NCBI RefSeq assembly: GCF_009834535.1
Contig: NC_045729.1
Span: forward strand, 16,492,001 to 16,556,000
Length of the DNA stretch: 64,000 nt
Direction of reading: 5' to 3'
Origin: Camelus ferus
Lineage: Eukaryota
Of the stretch, positions 34,762 to 47,040 are shown in pieces; positions within the stretch are counted from its first letter, which is position 1; each line of letters starts with the position of its first letter. A program made the position numbers and the translations under genes. Below the pieces are notes generated by a model. The model was given only the letters and a program-made list of their open reading frames with translations, searched no databases and was not told the origin of the DNA.

Positions 34762-35106
34762 CTCTCATCACCACGAGGTTCACTTCCTGATGCAACTTCC
34801 TGTTCCCCTGGGTGAGAACCAGGGTCAGTTTTCCAGAACCTGCGCACTGCGGCAAAGCCTGGGGCAGAGTGAGGTGGAGCGGGAGCTTCTCCCTCATCTG
34901 GAGCTTGAGGTCCTTGCGAACCGTTTCCACAGACACCTTCATGTTCTTCAAGGAGAATGTGATCCAGGACTCGGAGGAGGAAGCCCTCTTCGCCGGCCAC
35001 CACGTCAGCTCCCCGCTCAGGCTTTCGTCTTCAAAGGTGAGTGGGAAGGAAAACACCGCCTGCTCCCTCTCTTTCGCATAGACTGTGCTAGAGACCTTCT
35101 GGAAGG
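34762..35106 (-). CDS. CD4: CD4 Ig domain D3 exon
   Basis: 345 nt; [25 protein letters not shown]...[15 protein letters not shown]...[11 protein letters not shown]. Confidence 0.97.
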
Positions 35107-36052
35107 CTGGAGCGGGGAGGGGAGAGAACCTGGGTCCATACAGGGCAGGGCAGGCACGCAGTGGGGGCAGCCCAGAGATGGAAGGGGACCGGGTGAGTCC
35201 AAACACCGAGGCTACCATTCAGGCCCTTAAATGCCCCTCTGCCTCTCTATCTCCTCTCTCATCTCCCCATCCCAGGGGGTCCCGTGGCAGTGCCTCCTCC
35301 TCCTAGAAGCCCTCCTGGAACAGCCCAGCCAAAGGGGCCTCTCTGTCTTCTGGATCCTGGAGCACAGAGGGCACTGGGCCTGCGCCACTTGGATACATAA
35401 TTTATCAGCCTCACAAGATAAGAGCAGATACTTGAATCGGGCTGACCACGTGCCTTCCATAGTTTACTTCTCCCCATAACATGACAAAGTAGGCTCCACC
35501 ATCCCTGCTTTCCAGGTGCGGAAACCAAAGCCCAGAGGGGTTCAGCAACTCGCCCCAGGCCACATGGTTAAGTCAGAGCCAGGATTTTAACCAGAGTCCA
35601 CGCACTTCCCCACTGCACTACCGTACTATGTGTCACGGAAGCACCCAGAGGACAGGATCTGGGCAGAGCCTGCCTTCTGGGCCCTGGGTTTCCCTCACAG
35701 CACCTAGCTCAGGATTCTGAAGATGCGACATCAAATTTCATCAGAGCTGGCTTGCTGCCATTAGTGTCCCTGAGTTAGTGGATTGCCAACTTGGTTGGGG
35801 GGCAGGGAGCTGAGGCAACAAAGAAGATAGATGCGCTTGACTTTCGTCCTCTGGGGACTCCTCTGGGGATCTCGGAGCCCCTGACATCCTTACCGCCTCT
35901 GTCCCTTCCTTCCTCAGGGTCCACTACCCTGAAAGGTGAGTGTAAATCAGCTCCATGAGGAAGAGAGGACCCAGCATACCCCTCAGGACAGACTTCCGCT
36001 CTAGGGGGCCCTGGCACTGGCCTCCCTCTGTCCCCTACCCCCTACCCAGGAA

Positions 36053-36082
36053 CAGAGCAGTGAGAGCCAGAGCAGTGAGAGC
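36053..36082. repeat. Exact 15-bp tandem duplication (CAGAGCAGTGAGAGC x2) in CD4 intron 5
   Basis: Read directly. Confidence 0.95.
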
Positions 36083-36146
36083 CGAGGGAGGGTCTGTCAG
36101 CCACCAAGGCAGGGGGGAGCCTGCAGGGAAGGGGAGCGCCTCTCAC

Positions 36147-36380
36147 CCAGCACCAGGATGTTCCTGGTGAACACCAGTGTCTGCTGGTCCTGGGAGACGG
36201 TGCACGTCCAGGTGCCGCTGTCCTGCAACCCCAGCCGGGGCAGTGACAGGCTCTTGCCCTCCTTCCTGCTTCTGTTCCCCGGACCCTTCCATTGCACTGA
36301 AGGGTTACTACCGGAGGGACTCTCCAAGGTCAGGGTCAGGCTCTGCCCCAGCAGCACGCGGGTGTCGGAGCTGGCAGTCA
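36147..36380 (-). CDS. CD4: CD4 Ig domain D2 exon
   Basis: 234 nt; [38 protein letters not shown]...[26 protein letters not shown]. Confidence 0.97.
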
Positions 36381-36798
36381 CTGTGGAGGGAGCAGGCCGC
36401 CTGTGTCACACACACGCTACCCCCAGGAGAAGAGAAGAAGCCAGGAAACCCAAAGTGTCTCTCCATTACTCCGTCCCAGCATCTCCCTTCTGTCCCTTCT
36501 GCCCGCCCCCATCCAAGGCAGGGTTTCCCTCTCCCTCCACTCCCCTCTTCCCTGTCTCTCTTACCTCTTTCTCTGTCTCCTGCCTTCCTCCCCACTCCAT
36601 CCCTCACCCCAGGTCTCTTTGTCTCCCTCTGCCGACCCAAGGCCTGAGAAGCATTTGAGGAGACATGGTAGCCTGTCTGATCAGTCTCTGGACGTTAAGG
36701 TGCCACCGGCTCAGGCCCTGGTTTGGGTATAGGGCTGGGAGTCAAGGTAGAAGAGAGACTGGCTGGAGGTGTCCTTGTCCCAGGCCTGCCCCACTCAC

Positions 36799-36957
36799 GT
36801 CTGAACACCAGCAACTCCACCTCTGTCGTCTTGCCCCCCACTTCACAGATGTAAGTCCCAGAGTCTGTTACTTCAAGATCCTTGATGATCAGAGGAAAGG
36901 ATCCTTGGTCCCACAGGTTTTTTTTTGATTCTACGCGAGCACTCAGCTTGGAGGCAC
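36799..36957 (-). CDS. CD4: CD4 Ig domain D1, second exon
   Basis: 159 nt; [53 protein letters not shown]. Confidence 0.98.
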
Positions 36958-37159
36958 CTGGGAGAGGACACCATATGGAGGAGGTTGCGGTACCCTGGAG
37001 ACCCAGCACCACTGGCCAGGGCAGTGCCCACGACTCTTCTGATCTGAGTTGCTAATTTCTGGCAGAATCTGCCCCTCGTCCTAATCTGAGAACCCCAGAC
37101 TGGCGAGGAGGTCCCAGCACATTCATTTACCTGGCCAGGACAATATCTCACTAATCCCA

Positions 37160-37900
37160 AATAAAATAATATCCTCATTTAGGGAGCACCAACTCCTACG
37201 TGCCAAATACTTTATATGTATCATCTCAAACAATCGAATCACCATGCTGTGCACAGGAAACGAATATGACATTGCAAGTCAACTGTACGTCAACAAAAAT
37301 TTTTTTTAAATAATAATAATTTTTTAAAAAGCAACATGTGCTGTTTTGTTTATCTTGCAGATAAGGAAACTGAGGCTCAGAGAATTAAGTCGTCGCCCAA
37401 ACTCTTGCTTACGTATTATCGAAAGAAGCATAAACCAGTACAATTTCTTTGGAAGGTAATTTGGAATGTCTACCAGAATTATAGAGGCACATACAGAACT
37501 AAATGTCCACCACGAAGGGAGAGGTTAAATAGATCAGAGGTCAGCCATTCAGAGCGATGCGATCAGTAGAGGAGGGTCTTTATATACTGAGATGGAATAA
37601 TATCCAAGAAACATCACTAACTGAATAAAGCAATATCTACCATTGTTTTAAAAGGAGGAAGAAGGTTATTTGTCATCTATCTACCTATCCATCCTGCCAT
37701 GTCTATAAACAAGTATTTCTAGAGGTTAACGTAAGACGATGGTCACCTTGGCAGTCCCTGAAGAGAGGAAATGAACATCCTGAGATGGCTGTGGGAGGGG
37801 CTTTTCACTTGCCCTTTTCTACTTTTTGGATTTTGACTCCAGTAAGTGGTGGAACCAGGATCAAAATTCAGGCCTGTTGGGTACACTGTATAGTACTGTC
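37160..37900. mobile_element. MIR interrupted by a short L1 3' end (about 37225-37305), followed by an old L1ME-type fragment
   Basis: atcaccatgctgtgcacaggaaacgaatatgacattgcaagtcaactgtacg (L1 3' terminus); gataaggaaactgaggctcagaga (MIR). Confidence 0.55.
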
Positions 37901-38449
37901 TCCAGAAAGTTCCTCAGGCACGGACATGTGGCCTCCTCCAGTGTCCTCCTTAAAACTAACAACCATCACCAAGAAGAAGCTCTTCTCTTTAGCTGAAATT
38001 TTCTGGGTACAGCAGCAGCTCCAGGATTCCTGGAGAGGAGGGCTTTAGAAGCTGAGTTCACGTAGCCAACACATGGCCTTTTCCTTGGAATGCATGTTTG
38101 GAGGGATGGGGTGAAGGCGGCTGAGAGAAAGCCCCCCACCTCAACCCCCTGGGCACCGCCTCTACCCCCCCGAGAGGTCATTGGTGCTCTCCCTATTTTG
38201 GCCTTGATGCGGAGAGGAGTTATCAGCCTTCATCCTCCCTTCTCCCCTCCTCCAGACCTCCCAGCCCCTTCCCACTGCTTAGGCTCATCCTCTCCAGGAG
38301 ACCTTTCCAGATAACCCGCAGCCCTGGGCTCACACCCAACCCCAGCTTTCCCTCCAGCCCTCGCCCACCTCCCCTTCCATCTGTCCTACAGGAGTCCCTA
38401 CCCTACCTGCTCTCTCCCCTGGGTCTACGCACTGGCTAGCTCCCCAGTT

Positions 38450-39490
38450 TTTCTGAAGTCCTACTACAGTCCTTTCACAATCTACCATGCTTCTTGAGGG
38501 AGAGCCTCCTCTGGTTCTGCCTTCTTCTTGCCTCCTTGGGTTCTCTCCTGCATATCTGAGCACCCTTCCCTTGTCTTCATCTGGCACTCCTGTTCTGCTA
38601 TCTCCGTTAGATGCCACCTTGGACTCTGTTCTGGATCCTCTTCCCCATCTCTGTAGACATTCTAAATTCCACAGCATCCTCTGTCAGCTCCGCAGGTGAA
38701 TCCCCGCCCCAGCCTCTCTCCTTCACTCTGGGCCCACATTCCAGTGGCCCAAGAGACAACTTCTTCTGAATGTCCTGCCATCACTCCAAACTCAGTTGGT
38801 TCAAAATGAGACATATCACCCTTTCCCTAAAATAACTTTTCCTCCTTGCTTCCCTTTTAAAACGTCTTCTGGGCTCATCATGATCCCCTTGTGCAGACCG
38901 TTCCACACTTTGTAAAAGTGACGGTACTCTGTGAAAGGTCTAAGAGTATGGGTGAGTCTGGGATCATTTCGTGGGAGAGACCAGTATTGAACTAAGCCCT
39001 AAAAGGAGTACAGGCAGCAGACTAGAGGCAAGGGGAGCAGCAAGGACATCTAGGAAGGAGGAAAAGCTCCAGGAAAGTAGTACTGGCAACCACCTCAAGG
39101 CAGGGAGGAAAACATCCGGGTGTGGAGGTTTCCGGCAGCGGAGCTGCAGGAAGAGATGCTGAGGGGGTGACAGTCTGGCAGAGGCTTCCAGGCTTAATCT
39201 AATGGGCGAAGGAGTGACAGGTGCAAAGCATCACTTTGGAAGCCAGGGCTGTAGTAGGTGTAAGGGAATCAAGGTAGCAGAGACTAGCAGAGGGAATGGT
39301 CAGGAAGCTTCCACTGTAATCCAGGTGAGGGCTATGTGGCCTTGGCTCGTGATGGCGGTATTTCCACGAGAACAGAGGAGATGAAACAGAGGAACAATTC
39401 CATGGGAAGGAGTGGCCATAGTCAGTGACTGATGGGAAACCAGGGACTGAAGTAGAGAAAAATACCTGACTCTGGGGTTCAGAAATTGGA
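38450..39490. mobile_element. L2 fragments in both orientations in CD4 intron 3
   Basis: L2 motifs (catcactccaaactcagttggttcaaaatg; gaagcttccactgtaatccaggtgagg). Confidence 0.55.
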
Positions 39491-40080
39491 GGAGTCAGGA
39501 AGATCAGGAAGTTGGGAAGAGGGGCTGTTCTGGAGGAAAATCATATCACAGGAACAGAACAAAAACATTGACACAAAAGAGGTAAGAATTTTTAGAAAGG
39601 AGGACATTGTTCCAGTCTCACAGGAGATCATAGAAATGCAAATTAAAACAACTGTGATATATTTTTCAACCATCAAATTAGCAAAAAAAAAAAAAAGTTT
39701 TAGATAATACTGCTCAGTGCCAAAGGATGCTGGGGGGAGAGGCACATGGGGACGCTATTATCTAGATTTACTGTAAGTGGGTGGAACCTTCCTGGAAGAG
39801 ATCTTGCCATATACACCAACTATTCTTAAAAGTGCATATCCTTAATTCCATTTCTAGAACTTTATCCTTAAAACAATAGTTTTAAAATGCAAGCCCAAAT
39901 GGAGGTACAAAAATAATTAGTGTTGTTAACAGAGGACAACATTACACAAAAGGACGATGGCTATATATCACAGTATATTGACTTGATGGACTATTAGGTT
40001 AGCACTAAAAATGATATTTAGAAATAATTTTTCATGAAAGGGAAAACATTCATGAGTATACATTTTCAAAGTTGTGTTAA

Positions 40081-40235
40081 GGGTGGGAGGGTATAGTTCA
40101 AGTGGTGGAGCGCATGCTTAGCATGCACAAGGTCCTGGGTTTAATTCCCAGTACCTCCTCTAAAAATAAATGAATAAATTAACCTCGTTACCTATCCCCC
40201 AACAAAAAACCTAAATCGATAAAAGCCCCTGTTCA
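40081..40235 (+). mobile_element. Vic-1-like SINE
   Basis: gggagggtatagttcaagtggtggagcgcatgcttagcatgcacaaggtcctggg with A-rich tail. Confidence 0.88.
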
Positions 40236-40738
40236 AAAAAAATTTTTTAATAAATAATTTGAAAAATACATAAAGTTGTGTTAGATAATCATTACTTTTT
40301 AGGTTAGTTATTTGAACTACAAAAATCATACAGACTCAACACTACCCTGCTCCCTTGGCCCACCCTCCTGACACTACTGGGAACAATTTGATGTGGATTC
40401 CTCCATGTTTTTTTCTTTGTCCATGAAGACATATACTCACAGGCACTGAATTTTTAAATTAACATGGGACTGTATCACATGCATAGCTTGCTTTCCACTT
40501 GACAAAATGTGCTTGTCATCCTTCTAAACGTACAAATGCGGAACTTCTTCCTTCTTTTTGTTTGTTGTGTTCTGAAATTATGAAAGCTCGTCTTTTCACC
40601 CTAGTGATTTTTTAAATTAAACTTTTTATCTTGAGATAACTGTAGATTCCCATGCAATTGTAAGAAATAATGCAGAGAGATCTCGAGCATCCTTGACCCA
40701 GGTCACCCCAAAGGTAATAGCTTACAAAACTATATAGC

Positions 40739-40879
40739 AGGGGGAGGGTAGAGCTCAGTGATAGACTGTGTGCCTACCACGCACGAGGTCCTGGGTTCAA
40801 TCCCCAGTATCTCTATTAAAAATAAATAAATAAATAAACCTAATTACCTCTCCCCCAGAAAATTAGAAAAAAAAAAAAA
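40739..40879 (+). mobile_element. Vic-1-like SINE nested in L1
   Basis: A/B boxes, aaacctaattacctctcccc tail, poly-A, TSD ctatatagc on both sides. Confidence 0.9.
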
Positions 40880-42002
40880 CCCTATATAGCTCAATATCAC
40901 GGCCAGGATATTGTCATTGATACAAATCAAAACACAGAACATTTCCAGCACCATAAGGATGTTGCTCTTTTCTAGCCAAACCCCCTTCCTCCTTCACAGA
41001 CTCCTCCTTCCTTGACCCCTGGTAATCAATCACTAATCTGTTCTCCATTTCTGTAATTTGTCATTTTAAGAATGTTATATAAATGGAATTACACTGTATA
41101 TTACTTTTGGGGATTAGCTTTTTTTTTTTTCCCACACAGCATAATTCTCTGGAGATTCATCCAGGTTGTTGTCTGAATCTATAGTTCGTTCCTTTTACTG
41201 CTGAAAAATAGTGCATGGTATGGATATAACCATTCGCCCATTAAAGGGCATCTGGGTTGTTCCAGTTGTTGGCTATTATGAATGAAGCTGCTATCAACAG
41301 TTGTATACAGATTTCTGTGTGATCGTACATCTTTACTTCCCTGGGATAAAGGTCTAGGAATGCAATTGCTCGGTTGTTGCATGTTTAGTTTTTTAAAGAA
41401 ATTGCCAAAACCGTTTTCCATACCAGCTGTACCATTTCACACTCCCGCCAACAATGTAAGAGTGAACCAGGTTCTCTGCATCCTCACCAGCATTTGATGT
41501 TGTCCCTGTTTTTTATTTTGGCCATCCTGATATGTGTGTGGCGATACCTTGTTGTGGTTTTAATTTGCATTTCCCTGACAACTAATGATGTTGAACACAT
41601 TTTCATGTGCTTATTTGCCATCTCTATGTCCTCTTTGGTAAAATGTCTGTTCACGTCTTCTGTCTATTTCCTAATTGGATTGTTTGGTTTTGGGGTATTG
41701 AGTTTTGAGAGTTGTTTACATACTCTGGATACTAGTCCTTTATAGGATATGTAGTATGAATATATTTTCTCACATTTTATAAATTGTCTTTTCCTCTTCT
41801 TAATAAAGTCTCTTACAGAGCAAAGTTTTCAATTTTGATCAAGACCAACTTGTCCATTTTCTCTTTTATGGATCATGGTTTTGGTGTCAAGTCTAAGAAC
41901 TCTTTGCTTAGTCTAGATCCTGAAGATTTTCTCCTCTGTGTTGTAATTTTACACTTTACATTTAAGTTTATAGTCCATTTCAAGTTAATTTTAAAATAAG
42001 TT

Positions 42003-42140
42003 CCGGGGAGGGTATAGCTCAAGTGGTAGAGCACATGCTTAGCATATATAAGGTCCTGGGTTCAATCTCCAGTACCTCCTCCAAAATTAAATAAACCTAA
42101 TTACTTCCCAGCACCAAAAATAAAAAGTAAAATAAAGTAA
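42003..42140 (+). mobile_element. Vic-1-like SINE nested in L1
   Basis: ggggagggtatagctcaagtggtagagcacatgcttagc...ggttcaatctccagtacctcc. Confidence 0.9.
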
Positions 42141-42827
42141 GGTTTGAGACTTAGGTCAAAGGTTTGTTGTTGTTGATTTTGTTTTTTACCTATGGATGTC
42201 CAATTACTCCAGTACCATTTATTGAAAATGCTGTCTTTCCCCCATTAAATTGCTTTTGCACCCTTGTAAAAAAGAATCAGTTAGGCATATTTCTGAGGAT
42301 CTATTTCTGGGTTTTCTATTTTGCTCCACTGATCTATGTGTCTTTCCCTCTGCCAATATGACAGTCTTGATTACTCTATCTGTATAATAAGTCTTGAAAG
42401 CAGATAGACTGATTTCTCCTACTTTATTCTTCTTTTTCAAAATTGTTTTAGCTCTTTGAGTTCGTTTTGCTTTCAATATAAATTTTAGAAAAACCTTATC
42501 TGTATCTTCAAAAAAATCTTGCTGGAATTGTTTTGTTTGTTTATCTTGATAGAATTTTGATAGGAATTGTGTTCAACCAGTATATCAATTGGGAAGAATT
42601 GGTATTTGACTGTGTTGAGTCTTCCAATTTATGAACATAGCATGTCTCTCCATTTATTTAGATCTCTGATTTCTTTCATCAACACTGTGTAGTTTTAAGA
42701 ACACAAATCTTGTGCATATTTATAATATTTACTTAAGTATTTTTGAGCAATTGTAAATGGCATTGTATTTTAAATTTCTGTGTATACATGTTCATTGCTA
42801 GTAGATAGAATTACATTAGATTTTTGT

Positions 42828-42960
42828 NNNNNNNNNNNNNNNNNNNNNNNNNNNNNNNNNNNNNNNNNNNNNNNNNNNNNNNNNNNNNNNNNNNNNNNNN
42901 NNNNNNNNNNNNNNNNNNNNNNNNNNNNNNNNNNNNNNNNNNNNNNNNNNNNNNNNNNNN
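42828..42960. other. Assembly gap, 133 N, inside the L1
   Basis: Run of N. Confidence 1.
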
Positions 42961-44045
42961 CTATTTATTTTTTGCTGAGTCTTTCTGTTTTTCATTTGTT
43001 TCAAGCATGTTTATAATTGCTTGCTGAAGGATTTTTTTTTTTTAAATCATGGCTGCTTTGAAATCTTTGTCAGATAATTCTAACCTCTTTTTCATCTCAG
43101 TGCGGCATCTGTTGATTCTTTTTTTCATCCAGTTTGAGATGTTTCTGGTTCTTAATATCACAGGTGATTTTCAGTGGGAATCTGAACATTTGAGTGTTAT
43201 GAGATTCTGGATCTTATTTAAACCTTCTATTTTAACTGGCTTTCTTGGACACCACTCTGACAAGGGAAGAGGAATAAATCTGGGTTCCCCTCTCATCCTC
43301 CATTGTGCTAGAAGGGGATGCTCCTTATAACTCAGAGGTGGAAGTTCCAGCTCCCCACATGGTCTCCATGGACCCTGAGGTGGAGGTGGCCTGGTTATCA
43401 CTGGGTGATGGTGAAAGTCCTAACTCTTCGCTAGACCCTCTGACACCACCCCAGCAAGGAGGGCTGCCTCCTGACTGCATGATGGGGGCGGCAGGCCAGT
43501 TCCCTCCTGTGGTCTCCACTGACATTGCAGGGGTTGAGGAGCCTTGTCACTGGCTGGTGAGGATGAATGGCCCTGCTCTCAACCTTGCGTCCTCTGATCC
43601 CATCTCAGTGGGGGCGTTGGGTGCCTCATTACAGCCTCAGGAGGGTGGAAGTTTAGGCTACTATTCAGTCTTTGCTCCCATGGGAGGAGGAGGGGCCACA
43701 GTTTCTCCTCCCTGTTTGGCTGGAGTAGACTTGTGATTGTCTTGAAGTTTTTCTCACTGGGTTGCTCCTTTTCCCAGTCCTTTGGCTAAAGAGAGCAGGC
43801 TTTTTTGAAAGTTATTTTTGTCTGTGCCCATGTGCCCACTGGAGCTTCCAGGTTGCCAGCTTCTTCAGCCCCAAGACTGGGGCATTTGAGACAAAAAGAA
43901 AACTCACCACTGTGCTATTCCTCAGGCCCTGAGGTCCCTACCAGACTTCCCTCTCCTTAACACCTTTCAGAATCTTCTTAAGTGAGTTCTGCATGCAATG
44001 TGCAGGGTTTTCAGCTGTGTTTAGTGAGAGGAATAGGGAAAAGTA

Positions 44046-44195
44046 TGTTACTATGGACTGAACTGTGTCCCCCTCCAAACTCATATGTTGAAGCCCTAAC
44101 AGTCAATGCAATTATATTTGGAGAGGGAGCCTTTGGGAGGTAATTACATTTAGATGAGGCATGACGGTGAAGGGATTAGTGTCCTTATAAGAACA
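44046..44195 (+). mobile_element. MaLR LTR fragment (MLT1A-like)
   Basis: tgttactatggactgaactgtgtccccctccaaactcatatgttgaagccctaac. Confidence 0.7.
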
Positions 44196-45240
44196 AACTT
44201 GAGGAGTAGGAGGGAGATTTATTGTCACTGTATGTCGTTAGCACCGTTTAAAATTTTTACCATGGACCTGTATTACTTTTGCAAATTAATTTAACTTTTA
44301 AGTTAATAAAAAATAAAATAAAATCCCAGCTGAAAGTCCACTTATTTCAAGCAATTTAGCAGAATAAAATTCTAGGACAAAAAAAAAAAAAAGCTTTGAG
44401 AGATTATTGTCCTGAGCTCTGCCCAAGGGTATACATTATGTAATGGGCACCCTGAGCCCACCCCAGGGGCGGACGCAAATTAGTTTGATCAGGGGCCTCT
44501 TGAAGCAGCTGTCTGAAGGAGGGGAAGACGCAGGCAGGTAAAGGGCAGTCAGCCTGGTTAATATGCTGGTTTCTGCTTTGTGTTTTTATCAGAAAGAGAT
44601 CAGGAATTGGGGGTTTTGTTAATTTTAGGAAGTGGCTTTGATTCAATAAAGATCCAGCCCAATCTCCCCCTTTTTCTTCATGTCCAGACCTGAAGGGTGA
44701 GCATGGGCATCTGAATCATGACTCCAGGAGCCCAGCAAGAACCTCCTGCCAGAAAAGGAGGAGATTTTATCCCCCCAATGGAGGCAGGAAGGGGAGATGC
44801 ATTTTCATCAGAGATGGCTTCCCATGCACCGTGGCCAGTTCAGCTTCCGCTGCACTGAAGATGACTCCACAGGAGAGCCTAGGCTGGAAGTCGGAAGACC
44901 AAAGCCACAGCTAAGATCTAGCCACACCTCTGCCTCTAACTGGGCACAAAAGCTCAGGGCAAAAACTTCCTCTCCCTGGGCCCCAGCTTCCTCACTAGTA
45001 AAATCAGAGTCTTAGACTGGAGCTGTATTTCCCACACGTCAATTATTCCCTCCCCTCATACATGATTTTGACCAAATGTACCTGTCCTATTTACATAACA
45101 TCTATAAGTGGATTCACTTTTTAAAAAATTAACTTATTTTAAAAGGAAATTTTATATCGCTGTAATAAGCTGAAAGCCAGTATCACTTGATAGGAACAGC
45201 AGCAACTGTTGAAAAATAAAACTAAAAATAATGTTATTGT

Positions 45241-45370
45241 GAGGAGGGTATGTAGCTCAAGTGGTATGTTGCACACTTAGCATGCAGGAAGTCTTAGATT
45301 CAATCCCCAGTACCTCCTCCAAAAATAAATAAATAAATCTAATTACCTCCTCACCGAAAAACAAACAAAA
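45241..45370 (+). mobile_element. Vic-1-like SINE with 13-bp TSD
   Basis: TSD AAAAATAATGTTA at 45224-45236 and 45367-45379. Confidence 0.9.
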
Positions 45371-45449
45371 ATAATGTTACTATAATTATCACTTAACTCA
45401 ACTTGAACCACTGATTAATCTTAATAGCACTAAAAGAGTGATTGATATT

Positions 45450-46130
45450 ACATGGCTCCTGATGTAATGAAACTGGTAGCACAAAACACCACCTTGTCAA
45501 AAATTGAATATGAACTTGAACAAGCCTCTAGATCTAACCACCAATCTATAGCAGATTCAAGGGACAGAGGAAATGCTAAATGACACCACAGGAGTACAGC
45601 AGCTCCTACTGACAACATACAAAGCTTAACAGAACAATTGCCTGGTTTCCTCAACAATCCGTTGCAAGAAGGGGGGAAAAAAGGAGAATAAATGTATAAA
45701 TTCAAGAAAATTTAAGGGGCATATCAAGCAAATACCATGCATGAATTTTTATCTGGATTTTGATTCCAATAGACTAAATTTAAAAATAGTATTATGAGGC
45801 CATTGGGAAAATTTGAACACTGGATGTTTATTGTCATTAAGAAATTATTTTTAACTTTTAAGAGGTGATAATGATACTGTGGATACATTTTTTTAAAGAG
45901 TCACTACATTTTAGAGACACATTCTGAAATATTTACAGATTAAATGAGACAAGTTTGGTATCTGCTATACAATAATATGGTGGTTGGAGGGTCAGAGATA
46001 GATGTGAAACTAAATTGTCCACAAATTGATCACTGTTCAAGCTGAGTGGGATACATGGAGGGGTTCATTATATAATCTACTTTTATATATGTTTGACTCT
46101 TTCATAATTAAAAAATATAATATTAAAAAT
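45450..46130 (+). mobile_element. Old L1MC/L1ME 3' fragments
   Basis: cctctagatctaaccaccaat...gggaaaatttgaacactggatg. Confidence 0.55.
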
Positions 46131-46137
46131 AAGCAAT

Positions 46138-46246
46138 GGGGGTGGGAGGGTATAGCTCAGTGGTAGAGTGCATGCTTAGCATACACAAGGTCCTGGGTTC
46201 AATTCCTAGTACCTCTATTAAATAATTAATTAATTAATTAAAAATA
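46138..46246 (+). mobile_element. Vic-1-like SINE
   Basis: gggagggtatagctcagtggtagagtgcatgcttagc...ggttcaattcc; TSD aaaaataag. Confidence 0.9.
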
Positions 46247-46330
46247 AGTGGTGAAATGCAAACAATGATATATCTAATAAGCTTATAAAATAAAATCTAT
46301 ATTTACAAAAATACATTTCATGCTGGTGAC

Positions 46331-46487
46331 TTTTTTTTTAATTGGCTTTTTTTTTTTTTTTTTCTGTCAGGGGGAGGTAATCGGGTTTATTTCTTTCTTT
46401 ATTTTTAGAGGGGGTACTGCGGGTTGAACCTAGGACCTTGTGAATGCTAAGCATGTGCTCTACCACCTGAGCTATACTCTGCCCCCC
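46331..46487 (-). mobile_element. Vic-1-like SINE, tail-to-tail with the previous copy
   Basis: Reverse-strand tRNA head, ACCCGATTACCTCCCCC tail, poly-A. Confidence 0.88.
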
Positions 46488-47040
46488 TGGCATTTTTCTA
46501 CTTTTGACTCATATGACGCTCCTATTCAAAAATGTGTTGAATTTTAGAGGCCACACACAGAAGAAAGAAGAGGTATTTAAAGGCAAGCATGAGGGTAAAT
46601 CTTACGTGAAAACATAATCTCCTTTATTGCAAAGCATGTTCCTAAGATGTATTGAGATCTTAATGCTTTTCACTTTAAAAAAGCTAGGGAAAAAATCATT
46701 CCGTAGCTTTTAATGGAAGTCAAAAGAGTATTACCAGGGGCCTGTAGCAACACTAATCATGAAATCATGAAGTTTCTATGATAATTACTTTCCTAATATC
46801 CATTGAAACAAGTCCATGAATATTAAGATATTGAAATTATAATAGACCACCAAATACCATTTCCCGGTCCACCAGCAGTTGGCAGAGGGAAACTCTGGAC
46901 TTGGAGAGGGCCCTGAGTCTCTGCCAGTCAGAACCCTCCGGGATCCCAGAGACTACGAGGTGCTGGGCTCTGACACCAGGGGTGTTCACTTTCCAGTGCT
47001 GTCCTCCCTGAGCGGGGAGCAGGGAGCAGAGCCAACTTAC

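Larger units (their letters stand above)
39620..44040 (-). mobile_element. L1-rich block: mainly an L1MC/L1MB-type element on the - strand (3' end about 40610, ORF2 remnant about 42200-42480, probable 5'-region remnant about 43000-44040), plus smaller L1ME pieces
   Basis: L1 3' end ttttatcttgagataactgtagattcccatgc; translated remnant AKTILKKKNKVGEISLSAFKTYY resembles L1 ORF2 [23 protein letters not shown]. Confidence 0.75.

Noticed and set aside
36918-36926. A9 homopolymer in CD4 exon 4 as a frameshift
   Set aside because: Frame is intact (ESKKNLW) and the exon is the expected 159 nt
42219-42476. 85-aa ORF as a gene
   Set aside because: Degenerate L1 ORF2 remnant
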